Below, piece after piece: positions 1 through 7,635 of a DNA stretch of 64,000 nt. The DNA is from an uncultured Melioribacter sp. (GTDB taxonomy: Bacteria > Bacteroidota > Ignavibacteria > Ignavibacteriales > Melioribacteraceae). Below the pieces are notes generated by a model. It was not told the origin of the DNA, searched no databases, and saw only the letters and a list, made by a program, of their open reading frames with translations. Every line of letters begins with the position of its first letter. Positions within the stretch are counted from its first letter, which is position 1. Made by a program: the position numbers and the translations under genes. The stretch spans positions 34,238 to 98,237 of the forward strand of contig CAZQQC010000001.1 of the NCBI GenBank assembly GCA_964595365.1, written 5' to 3'.

Positions 1-909
1 CGAGATGACCTGTAAAATCACAAACGTTATACTTAGGCTTACAATGATGCCTACAAACAGACTAATAAAGAAATAACGTGTTAGTTCAAAATTTGTATCT
101 ATATTAAAAATCCATCTCCCTAACGGAATTTGAATTACCAGAATTATGATCGGGACGAGAATTACAGAACTGAAGAACATTTTTCGGTTTATGCTAAATC
201 TATTCACTTTGTCTAATGCAGCGGGGAACATATTATACTTGCCGATCGCTACGGCGGTAAACAGAATCACACCGGATAAAAATGCCAGGTGGCTCATTTC
301 AACTAAAAAATAAAATCCCAGCACCCACGGTAAAAATAAACCGAAGATAAATGATGTCAGATCTGTAATTATTAATCCTAACACGAATAGTAAAAGCTGC
401 GAACGTATTAACGGATTAGATTCCGTTTTTCTTTTCCGGATTATCCAAACTGCATTCAATATTATTAACGCCAGGTACCAGAATAAAAACAAGGGATATA
501 ATGGAGTGTAATGCGCCACAAATTTTCCCATGTGTGCATGAGATTCGTTTATTAAATTTCCGTTCCAAAGCATAATAAGTACAGATAAAGAAGGGAACAA
601 AATTAAAACCGATTTTGCAAAACCAATCTTTTGAGGAGCCGGGAAGTTCCATGTAAAGAAAGTAAGCGTTACTATAATCAGAAGCAGGAACGAGTGGCAG
701 GAAATATCCAGCATGGTTACATCTTTATTAAACATAAAAATGAAATGCACACCGTGTGAAATAAGATAGCCTAAAACAAGCGTAAGAATTAGAATGAATA
801 ACTTATTAGGAGTTTCAACGGTATTTCGCGAATAAATTATTGCAAGTATTCCGACTGCACTCAAAAAAGTTGCTAAAAGAAATAGCAACTGTATTAAATC
901 ATAGTTCAT
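1..909 (-). CDS. Multi-pass membrane protein, N-terminal part (gene runs off the left edge); probable membrane sensor module
   Basis: Absent from the ORF track because it has no stop inside the window. My reverse-complement translation from ATG at 909-907 gives 303 sense codons with no stop down to position 1 (MNYDLIQLLFLLATFLSAVGILAIIYSRNTVETPNKLF...). It has about 8 hydrophobic helices and resembles the 5TM/7TM N-terminal sensor domains of histidine kinases or cyclases. The output domain lies outside the window. Confidence 0.6.
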   Translation of the reverse strand, partial: MNYDLIQLLFLLATFLSAVGILAIIYSRNTVETPNKLFILILTLVLGYLISHGVHFIFMFNKDVTMLDISCHSFLLLIIVTLTFFTWNFPAPQKIGFAKSVLILFPSLSVLIMLWNGNLINESHAHMGKFVAHYTPLYPLFLFWYLALIILNAVWIIRKRKTESNPLIRSQLLLFVLGLIITDLTSFIFGLFLPWVLGFYFLVEMSHLAFLSGVILFTAVAIGKYNMFPAALDKVNRFSINRKMFFSSVILVPIIILVIQIPLGRWIFNIDTNFELTRYFFISLFVGIIVSLSITFVILQVIS

Positions 910-1178
910 CGATAATTTTTCTTTTTATTTTTTATCGCAGCCGTAACTTAAAATTTTCGGAAGACTTTTGCTTTGTTCAATTAAATACATAATACACTGC
1001 TTCTCAAATATCCTGCCCCGAATAAATCTGGAAATTAAACATACTCTTGTTCGGAGAGAAATTTATTATAGATTTTATCGGAATCAAATAGAACCAAGAA
1101 TGATTAAAAGAAAAAATTATCCGGCATTTTTATCTGACTACAGTTTAGACAAAAAAATTAGTTGAAGCAGGGGATTTA

Positions 1179-1221
1179 AAGGACGTCATTTTTGTTCCAA
1201 ATGGAACTCAACAACGTCCTT
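1179..1221 (-). terminator. Hairpin downstream of the propeller gene (possible weak terminator)
   Basis: Inverted repeat AAGGACGT...GTTCCA/TGGAAC...ACGTCCTT. On the minus strand it is followed only by TTTAAAT, a poor U-tract, and it lies about 170 nt after the stop at 1392. Confidence 0.25.
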
Positions 1222-1391
1222 ATGTTAATATATGTTATAATTGAATCAATAAATTACAGAAACAAAGAAGTTGTTTTTCACGTTATCGTAGAACTGTTTT
1301 CTAAATATGTTTTGCGTAAGGTGAGTAATAATATTATTTTTTTCTCATAAATCACTCCAGCTATTTTCTCTCATTGAGCATAACTTCATTA

Positions 1392-2897
1392 TTATTTTGC
1401 CAGCATTACCTTTAAAGTTCTTATTCCACTATTGGTTTTCAATGTAATTATATACAAACCACTTGCATATTTAGAGCCATCCCAAATAGTATTGTGTTTA
1501 CCGGGTAATACTTTTCCATCAAAAATTGTTTCAAGTTCTTGACCAAGTATATTATAGACTCTTATTAATACGTTGCTTTCTTCCGGTATTGAAAATGATA
1601 TAGTTGTAACAGAATTAAACGGATTAGGATAATTTTGAGACAATGAAAAATCATTCGAGAAGGAATCATATTTTTTAACATCACTTATTTTATCGTTGAT
1701 TGCAATTAGAGAAATTTTACTATCGCCTTTATGTACTCCAATATAAAGAGATCCATCATTGCCGAATGCCGGTGCAGAATCCACTTGACGTCCATTAAGT
1801 GCCATTTTCCAAACCAGAGTTCCATCACTTGAAAAACAGTAATAATTATTGCCATATGTTGAACCAAAGTAAATTTTCCCTTCAGCATCACTAGCGAGTG
1901 GGTGAGCAATCCCAACATTTTGCTCATCAAGTATTTTTTGCCAGCGAAAATTTCCATAATAATCAACTGAAACAAGCACATCTTGATAAGATGCCAAATC
2001 GCTACACGTGAAATAAATATTTCCATTTATATCCATAGTTGGTGATGATTGGTACGAAGAAGTAAATTGTCCAAAACCCGAGTAGATCCATCTAATGTTT
2101 CCATCAGGTTTCAAGGAGTAGAGCTTAGTTTCATTATCCCTTGGAATTATATATATATTTCCTTGAGAGTCGACGAGTGGAATAGCATCTGTAGCAGCAC
2201 TCTTAAATTTCCATTTTAATGAACTATCAAGATTCAGTGCGTAAAGATTGCTATCTTTTCCACATATATATATCGTTTGACCATCCGGCGACAACACAGG
2301 CGAACGAGTAGAAAAACCGCTTTCAATGTTCAGCTTCCATTTCAAAATCCCACTGCTTTTAAGCGCATAAAGATTTTTATCAACACTTGTAAAGTATAGT
2401 ACAGAATCTAACCCAATATTTATACTTTGATTAGCATAGCTGCCAGCCATGCTATAAGTCCACACGAGATTGCCGTCTTTGTTCAATTTGTAAAAGAGTC
2501 CGTTTCGTGAACCGAAATAGATATTTTCTTGATTATCAACGAGGATTGGAAATGTTGCAAAATTTATAATTCCCCCATCATAAACCCATTTCACGGTGGT
2601 ATCCGTCGCCATTGCATAAAAGTATCTATTCCAGTCACTTCCAAAGTAAAGAGTATTGTTACTTCCTATCACAAGTCCTTGAGAAATACCGGAGGGTTTG
2701 TTCACTTTCCAAATTACGTTCGGTGCTTTGGGACCTATAACTGTTGTTCTCCCATTTGATTGCTGATTTCCATGGGAAATGGGCCATGGCGATTTAGAAA
2801 GAGTATGCCATATTAGATTTGTTTGTATATTATCCTGCGCTGTAGCATAACTAAAACTCAGAAAAATAATTAACATTATTCTAATTAGATTTTTCAT
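1392..2897 (-). CDS. Secreted beta-propeller (PQQ-like repeat) protein with T9SS C-terminal sorting domain
   Basis: 501-aa ORF with an N-terminal signal peptide (MKNLIRIMLIIFLSFSYATAQ). It has repeated xLYALxxxGxLKWKF-type blades. The C-terminus QNYPNPFNSVTTISFSIP...GLYIITLKT...KVMLAK matches the Por/T9SS secretion tail pattern. Confidence 0.8.
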   Translation of the reverse strand: MKNLIRIMLIIFLSFSYATAQDNIQTNLIWHTLSKSPWPISHGNQQSNGRTTVIGPKAPNVIWKVNKPSGISQGLVIGSNNTLYFGSDWNRYFYAMATDTTVKWVYDGGIINFATFPILVDNQENIYFGSRNGLFYKLNKDGNLVWTYSMAGSYANQSINIGLDSVLYFTSVDKNLYALKSSGILKWKLNIESGFSTRSPVLSPDGQTIYICGKDSNLYALNLDSSLKWKFKSAATDAIPLVDSQGNIYIIPRDNETKLYSLKPDGNIRWIYSGFGQFTSSYQSSPTMDINGNIYFTCSDLASYQDVLVSVDYYGNFRWQKILDEQNVGIAHPLASDAEGKIYFGSTYGNNYYCFSSDGTLVWKMALNGRQVDSAPAFGNDGSLYIGVHKGDSKISLIAINDKISDVKKYDSFSNDFSLSQNYPNPFNSVTTISFSIPEESNVLIRVYNILGQELETIFDGKVLPGKHNTIWDGSKYASGLYIITLKTNSGIRTLKVMLAK

Positions 2898-2949
2898 TTC
2901 TCTTTCCTCTTTTTTTCTTCATCAAGACGTATCTCATCAAAGCATCACT

Positions 2950-2979
2950 TTAATATGAGAAGCTTTTCTTATTCTTCAT
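2950..2979 (-). other. 9-codon mini-ORF (MKNKKSFSY) with canonical Shine-Dalgarno in the propeller-gene leader
   Basis: Minus strand reads cAAGGAGGaaaaATGAAGAATAAGAAAAGCTTCTCATATTAA. Whether it is translated is unknown. Confidence 0.2.
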
Positions 2980-3010
2980 TTTTCCTCCTTGATAATTTTA
3001 CTTATATCGT

Positions 3011-3124
3011 GCACACAAACCACGCTGTTGTTTTGGCGCTATGAACGACAAATTCTCTCGCGCCAAAAAACAATAGAGCGACGACTATAATCCATTTCAA
3101 ATGACCGTGCCTCGTTGTTTGTGC
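3011..3124. repeat. Nested inverted-repeat element of about 115 nt (structured RNA, attC-like or MITE-like; unassigned)
   Basis: Outer arms are GCACACAAACCACG (3011-3024) and CGTTGTTTGTGC (3113-3124). The inner stem is CTGTTGTTTTGGCGC (3025-3039) with GCGCCAAAAAACAA (3060-3073), closing a 20-nt loop. Confidence 0.5.
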
Positions 3125-3179
3125 TGTTAGCTGCCTTTTGCACGATTGAAATTTACGACACTCACTTGTGAGTTGACAT

Positions 3180-3665
3180 TCACTCTATTATCGAAAACTC
3201 AATCGCTGGCACTCCCTTCGTTTCAGCCTGATCAAATATCGGGAACGAGACTGTCAATCTATACACTCCGCGGGCAAGCAATACTTTTGGATACTGAAAC
3301 GGCGTAGTCGGCCCTCTCCAGTGTCCCCGCATCGTCTGACCAGGTTCGAGATAGCCAGCGGAAATAACCATGGCGAACACATATCCGTCTATCGAGCTTG
3401 CCACAACACTATCACCTCTGAAGACTAGAAACAGAACGTCGGGGGCAGAACTCCCCCGGTAGAAGGTGAGCCTCTTGCCAGTCATGTTTGTCAATTTGAA
3501 GTTGATGTCGAAGTTCTCTGCTGTATGGAATGTGGTTGTCTCTCGCCCCGTAGTGTCCGTCAGTTGAACGGTCGCCGACAGAAGCTCAACTGGATTGATG
3601 GACTTATCTCCTAAATCGCAACCAGCAATTCCCAGTGCCAGCGTTATTATAAGTGTTGATTTCAT
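3180..3665 (-). CDS. Lipoprotein, hypothetical (possibly BsuPI-like protease-inhibitor fold)
   Basis: 161-aa ORF with a lipobox (LALGIAGC) and a strong RBS (GAGGAGGatgaatcaATG). It is far more G+C-rich than its neighbours. The segment TGKRLTFYRGSSAPDVLFLVFRGDSVV...YLEPGQTMRGHW loosely resembles the BsuPI pattern; this family assignment is tentative. Confidence 0.6.
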   Translation of the reverse strand: MKSTLIITLALGIAGCDLGDKSINPVELLSATVQLTDTTGRETTTFHTAENFDINFKLTNMTGKRLTFYRGSSAPDVLFLVFRGDSVVASSIDGYVFAMVISAGYLEPGQTMRGHWRGPTTPFQYPKVLLARGVYRLTVSFPIFDQAETKGVPAIEFSIIE

Positions 3666-3750
3666 TGATTCATCCTCCTCTTTTCTTTAAGGAAAATTCT
3701 AGAGAAAGTACCGCTGAAATGTAGAAAGCTTTATTCCGTTATGTAATGTT

Positions 3751-3804
3751 TCACCCCTGGTTAACGAGAAATTTGTCGTTTAAGAAAATGTAGGATGGAA
3801 GCAT
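3751..3804 (-). other. 17-codon mini-ORF (MLPSYIFLNDKFLVNQG) with canonical Shine-Dalgarno upstream of the lipoprotein gene
   Basis: Minus strand reads ttAGGAGGtataaaaATG...TGA. The ORF contains the AACGACAAATTTCTC repeat copy. Confidence 0.2.
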
Positions 3805-3911
3805 TTTTATACCTCCTAATAAACTCAAAAATAAAATAGCAAATATTTTATCGAAAACAGATGACAAAGAGACGCACGATTAAGACATCTATGCTATCCA
3901 TGTACTAATGA

Positions 3912-4415
3912 CTACTTCAAAAGAATTTTCGCAATATCTTTTTCCAGGCTCTCTTTCGGTGTTTCGACAACTCTTCCGATCTCGTTGTTATCTCTATAAA
4001 AAATTATTGTCGGTAGTAATTTAATGTCGAGTTTTTCAACATCACCGGCGGGGTCGGATCTTTTGCGGTCGACGCAAATCAATGTAAGGTTTTTCTGATC
4101 ATAATTAAGCTGATCCAGGATTTTAAAGAACCTGGGCACTTCGCGGCGGCTGTCGCTGCACCACGTTCCCATTACAATTGTAATCTTCACATCGTTAAGC
4201 TTATCGCTTATTTCCTTAACTGCTGCAGAATCCACCGTGTAGTTGTCATGTTCGGAATTGAACCACCATGAAAAACTTGTATCTGCAAATGCCGACCTAT
4301 CGCAAATGCCGAGAAGAATCGGCTTACCAGTTTTTTCATCAACCGACATTTTGTTTTTCTCCTGTGCAAAGATCAAAGCTGAAGACACTATTAAGAACAA
4401 TACTAATTTTTTCAT
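3912..4415 (-). CDS. Thioredoxin-fold family protein (secreted)
   Basis: 167-aa ORF with a signal peptide. The GTWCSDSRREVPRFFKIL motif and ...LPTIIFYRDNNEIGRVVETP are typical of TlpA/thioredoxin-like periplasmic proteins. Only one Cys is present in the WCxxS motif. Confidence 0.7.
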   Translation of the reverse strand: MKKLVLFLIVSSALIFAQEKNKMSVDEKTGKPILLGICDRSAFADTSFSWWFNSEHDNYTVDSAAVKEISDKLNDVKITIVMGTWCSDSRREVPRFFKILDQLNYDQKNLTLICVDRKRSDPAGDVEKLDIKLLPTIIFYRDNNEIGRVVETPKESLEKDIAKILLK

Positions 4416-4424
4416 AACTAACCT

Positions 4425-5309
4425 CTAAGAATTATTTGGTTTTCGGACATCCAACCCCCAGTAAAGCTTGTTGCGAAGTATTTCAAAATAGTTTGTTCTG
4501 TTTGAATGAACAAGCTTTACCGGACGGGCACACTTTTCGATAACAATTGTAGAGGGAGGATCGTAAAAGTAAACACGCTGACCGTCGCAGCTGATCTGTA
4601 TTTTATCCGACGGCGAGTTAACCATAATCGATATCTTCTGATTGCTGGAAACAACAAGAGGACGCATAGTTAAAGTATGCGGCGCAATAGGACTAAGAGT
4701 TATTACATTTGCCTTTGGGTTCACTATCGGCCCGCCTGCAGAAAGCGAATAGCCTGTAGTACCGGTCGGTGTAGCGACAATAATTCCATCAGCAGAAAAA
4801 GTCGAAACATAATCGTCGTCAACTTTGATAGTCAACTCAATCATTTTAGGCCATGGACCTTTATCTATCACGAGATCGTTAATAGCATAAAGATTTTTTT
4901 CGCCTCCGTTGCATGAAGCTTCCAGAGCCATTCTTTCTTCAATTGAATAATCGTTGATTTTGATGTCATTCAAAAATTCAGCAAAACTTTCAAGATCAAA
5001 CTCGGCAAGAAAGCCGAGCTTGCCGAAATTTACCCCCACCATCGGCGTACCCGATTCCCTAACCTCATAAGCTGTATGCAGCATCGTACCATCTCCGCCA
5101 ATTGAAACTACCATATCGGAGTGCATTCCCAAATCTGCGGGTGATTGCAACATCGCACCTGGAAATTGTTTTTCCAATTCCTTCTGAAATTTTAAAAGTG
5201 AGTTACTGAGAATAAATTTAAAACCCTTCTTCCCGAGTTCATCGGTAATTCTTTCTACTATGTTTAGTATATTCTTCTTAGTAATATTTGGAATAATCCC
5301 GATTGTCAT
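4425..5309 (-). CDS. nadK: NAD(+) kinase
   Basis: 294 aa. Contains the GGDGTML motif (SIGGDGTMLHTA), NDLVIDKG, and TPTGTTGYSLSAGGPIV. Confidence 0.9.
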   Translation of the reverse strand: MTIGIIPNITKKNILNIVERITDELGKKGFKFILSNSLLKFQKELEKQFPGAMLQSPADLGMHSDMVVSIGGDGTMLHTAYEVRESGTPMVGVNFGKLGFLAEFDLESFAEFLNDIKINDYSIEERMALEASCNGGEKNLYAINDLVIDKGPWPKMIELTIKVDDDYVSTFSADGIIVATPTGTTGYSLSAGGPIVNPKANVITLSPIAPHTLTMRPLVVSSNQKISIMVNSPSDKIQISCDGQRVYFYDPPSTIVIEKCARPVKLVHSNRTNYFEILRNKLYWGLDVRKPNNS

Positions 5310-6100
5310 TTCTTCTTATTTAACTCCCATAGTTTGCAATATTTGGTGAATACATAAGCAGAAGAAAATATAGCTAAAATAAATCCATGCACACCGTCAA
5401 GAAACCCTGCTCTAAAAATATACATTTTCAAAAAAAGAAAAACCGGTCTAAAAACCAGATCGCTAAAAGAAGCTTTCTTCCCTTTGTTAACAAGCTCTTC
5501 GGCAGCAAGAGAAGTGTAGATGTTAAACTTTTTAAAATAATGTTCGATTGATGGATCGGTATAATGATTCAAATCGTTTTTGAGATGCCCGATTTCGCCG
5601 TTAACATGCAAATGCTCATGAACAGCTTTATTATTGAATGAAGTGTCTTTCTTATTGAACAGCCGCACAACGCGAGCCGGATACCACCCGCTATGCCTTA
5701 TCCATTTGCCGAGAAAATATGCGCGACGCGCTACATCATAAGCTGCAAACCCGGGTAAATTATTTTTAAATTCGGTAAGCTCTGCAACTAATTCCCTTGT
5801 CAATTCTTCGTCTGCATCGATCCATAAAATCCAATCGAATTTTGTTTTGGACAGCGCATAATTTTTGGTTCGAGCAAAACCGGTGAACTCAACAACCTCC
5901 GTACGAACATTCCTGTACGACGAGGCGATCTGCAATGTTTTGTCGGTCGTTCTCGAATCGACCATTACTACGATGTCGTCAATTACATTAACCAGGCTTT
6001 CGATGCAGCGACGGATATTGTCTTCTTCGTCTCTTGCAATGACAATGGACGATATTTTTATTTTCTCACTCATTCGAACCGGCAAATTTATTCTTACCAT
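5306..6100 (-). CDS. Family 2 glycosyltransferase (LPS-core type)
   Basis: 264 aa. ISSIVIARDEEDNIRRCIESL and ...WILWIDADE (DxD-like) are typical of GT2. An alternative start, ATG at 6073 (MSEKIKISS...), is equally plausible. Confidence 0.8.
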   Translation of the reverse strand: MVRINLPVRMSEKIKISSIVIARDEEDNIRRCIESLVNVIDDIVVMVDSRTTDKTLQIASSYRNVRTEVVEFTGFARTKNYALSKTKFDWILWIDADEELTRELVAELTEFKNNLPGFAAYDVARRAYFLGKWIRHSGWYPARVVRLFNKKDTSFNNKAVHEHLHVNGEIGHLKNDLNHYTDPSIEHYFKKFNIYTSLAAEELVNKGKKASFSDLVFRPVFLFLKMYIFRAGFLDGVHGFILAIFSSAYVFTKYCKLWELNKKK

Positions 6101-7106
6101 TCATAAAGTTACGGCAGAAAGCGATGTTCAAACCTAAAGGGAACCAGATTACCGTAATAATTTCTTTATCGCCGAAATTCCATTTGCCTAAACCGGAAAA
6201 GAGAAAACCGATGAAAGCTGCAAGAACACCCAGCGAGTAAGAAGAAAGGAACGGAACGTCCTTCAGAGTTTTATATATTCTTAGATTCAAACGTAAAATT
6301 CTGTATGACAAAAACATCACTGAAATAGATCCAAAGGCAGCAAGTATCACAAGGAGGAGAACAAAATTATTGTGCATGTGGCCGAAATCTTCTTTCAGGT
6401 AATAATCTTTGTATCTGGAATATATCTTATTGATATCAATGTCGCCAACTCCAAACAGCGGGTGATTTTTGAAAATCGTTAGACCGATACGCCAAATATT
6501 GAGGCGTTTCAAGTTCGTTTCGTGATAGAGATCTGTAACCGAAGCGAGATGATTCCTTTTGCTCACCATTGTATAAATTTTGTTTCCTTCAAGTTGAGAC
6601 CCCGTTATCGAATAACCAGGCGAGTCAATCTTTCTCTCTGTGTAAGTTCCATCTCTTAACTTATCAAAGCGATAAACATAACTGTTAGCGAAAGAACTAA
6701 CTGCAGAAGAATCGATAAACTGCATTGACAAGAATCCAACCGCATCAAAAAACCGTGTCCGCTCAATCTTTCCATTTTTATATGTGTAACAATAAAGTTT
6801 GCCGCTCTGAAAAAAAATATATTTCTTGTTTATCCAGACTAAACCAACGGAGGATTTGAATTTTACCGAATCGATAAGCCAATTAGGTAAAGCATCCTCG
6901 TTTGAATAAACTTTGAAAGCGAAATTATTGAAATCGAACACAACGCCTGAGATTGTAAGCCACCATTTTTTTTTGAAAAGAATGATAAAAATTATTCCCG
7001 CTCCTCCGCGGATCCACGATGCACCTGTGTAACTTGCAAAGAGTTTAATTGTAGCAATTTCAAATGCTAAAGGAAAGAAAAGTTTATGCTTTATTTTTGT
7101 TTTCAT
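6066..7106 (-). CDS. O-antigen ligase-like protein, C-terminal portion with a large non-membrane insert
   Basis: 346 aa. RLNIWRIGLTIFKNHPLFGVGDIDI and GHMHNNFVLLLVILAAFG match the Wzy_C/O-antigen ligase C-terminal signature. It is preceded by about 150 hydrophilic residues. Confidence 0.55.
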   Translation of the reverse strand: MKTKIKHKLFFPLAFEIATIKLFASYTGASWIRGGAGIIFIILFKKKWWLTISGVVFDFNNFAFKVYSNEDALPNWLIDSVKFKSSVGLVWINKKYIFFQSGKLYCYTYKNGKIERTRFFDAVGFLSMQFIDSSAVSSFANSYVYRFDKLRDGTYTERKIDSPGYSITGSQLEGNKIYTMVSKRNHLASVTDLYHETNLKRLNIWRIGLTIFKNHPLFGVGDIDINKIYSRYKDYYLKEDFGHMHNNFVLLLVILAAFGSISVMFLSYRILRLNLRIYKTLKDVPFLSSYSLGVLAAFIGFLFSGLGKWNFGDKEIITVIWFPLGLNIAFCRNFMNGKNKFAGSNE

Positions 7107-7635
7107 TTACCCAAAAAGCAAAAGTGAATATCGTAGTAAAAATAATTAATCCGCCTGCAGTCATTACGTACTGAAAGAGAGTCGAACCTTTAGATTCAAA
7201 ACGGTATAGTTGAGCAATGAAATGTTCGTAAGCAAAAACAATGTAGACCAACATTGTCAGCAATGCAGCACTTAGATAAACATTAAAAAACAATTTTGCT
7301 TTTTTAACGTCATCCGCTGCGGAAGTTATTGTGTAAACCAGAGGTATTAAAACCAGCCTCTTAAAAAAATTTTGAAAAGCTTGAGTGTTATTCACCATGG
7401 AGATCGCAGAAATTAATTTGGCGGCAAGAAGAAGTATGAATCCTATTTCCAAACCGTTTTTCTGAAATTTATTTTTTTTTGTAATAAGAAACAGATAAGC
7501 AAAAAGCATCAACAGGATAAAATAGCCGATCTGGTTCGGAAAAATAGAATGAGTAAGCATAATCAAGAATAAAATGATCAGCCAGAAAATTAGTTTGCCT
7601 ATAATTTTAATTTGGTTGGATTTGTCTTTGCCCAT
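7084..7635 (-). CDS. Integral membrane protein (looks like the N-terminal half of an O-antigen ligase/polymerase)
   Basis: 183 aa with about 5 TM helices. It overlaps the next ORF by 23 nt in another frame, within the A-rich tract GAAAACAAAAATAAAG. Confidence 0.45.
   Translation of the reverse strand: MGKDKSNQIKIIGKLIFWLIILFLIMLTHSIFPNQIGYFILLMLFAYLFLITKKNKFQKNGLEIGFILLLAAKLISAISMVNNTQAFQNFFKRLVLIPLVYTITSAADDVKKAKLFFNVYLSAALLTMLVYIVFAYEHFIAQLYRFESKGSTLFQYVMTAGGLIIFTTIFTFAFWVNENKNKA

Noticed and set aside
968-1165. 65-aa plus-strand ORF in the 910-1391 spacer
   Set aside because: It has a TTG start with no SD, a basic low-complexity sequence, and an orientation opposite to every other gene.
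3011-3124. Integron attC site interpretation of the nested palindrome
   Set aside because: No clean RYYYAAC / GTTRRRY core sites are present. The structure is branched rather than a single long bulged hairpin, and there is no integrase or further cassettes nearby. It is kept only as a low-probability alternative within the finding.
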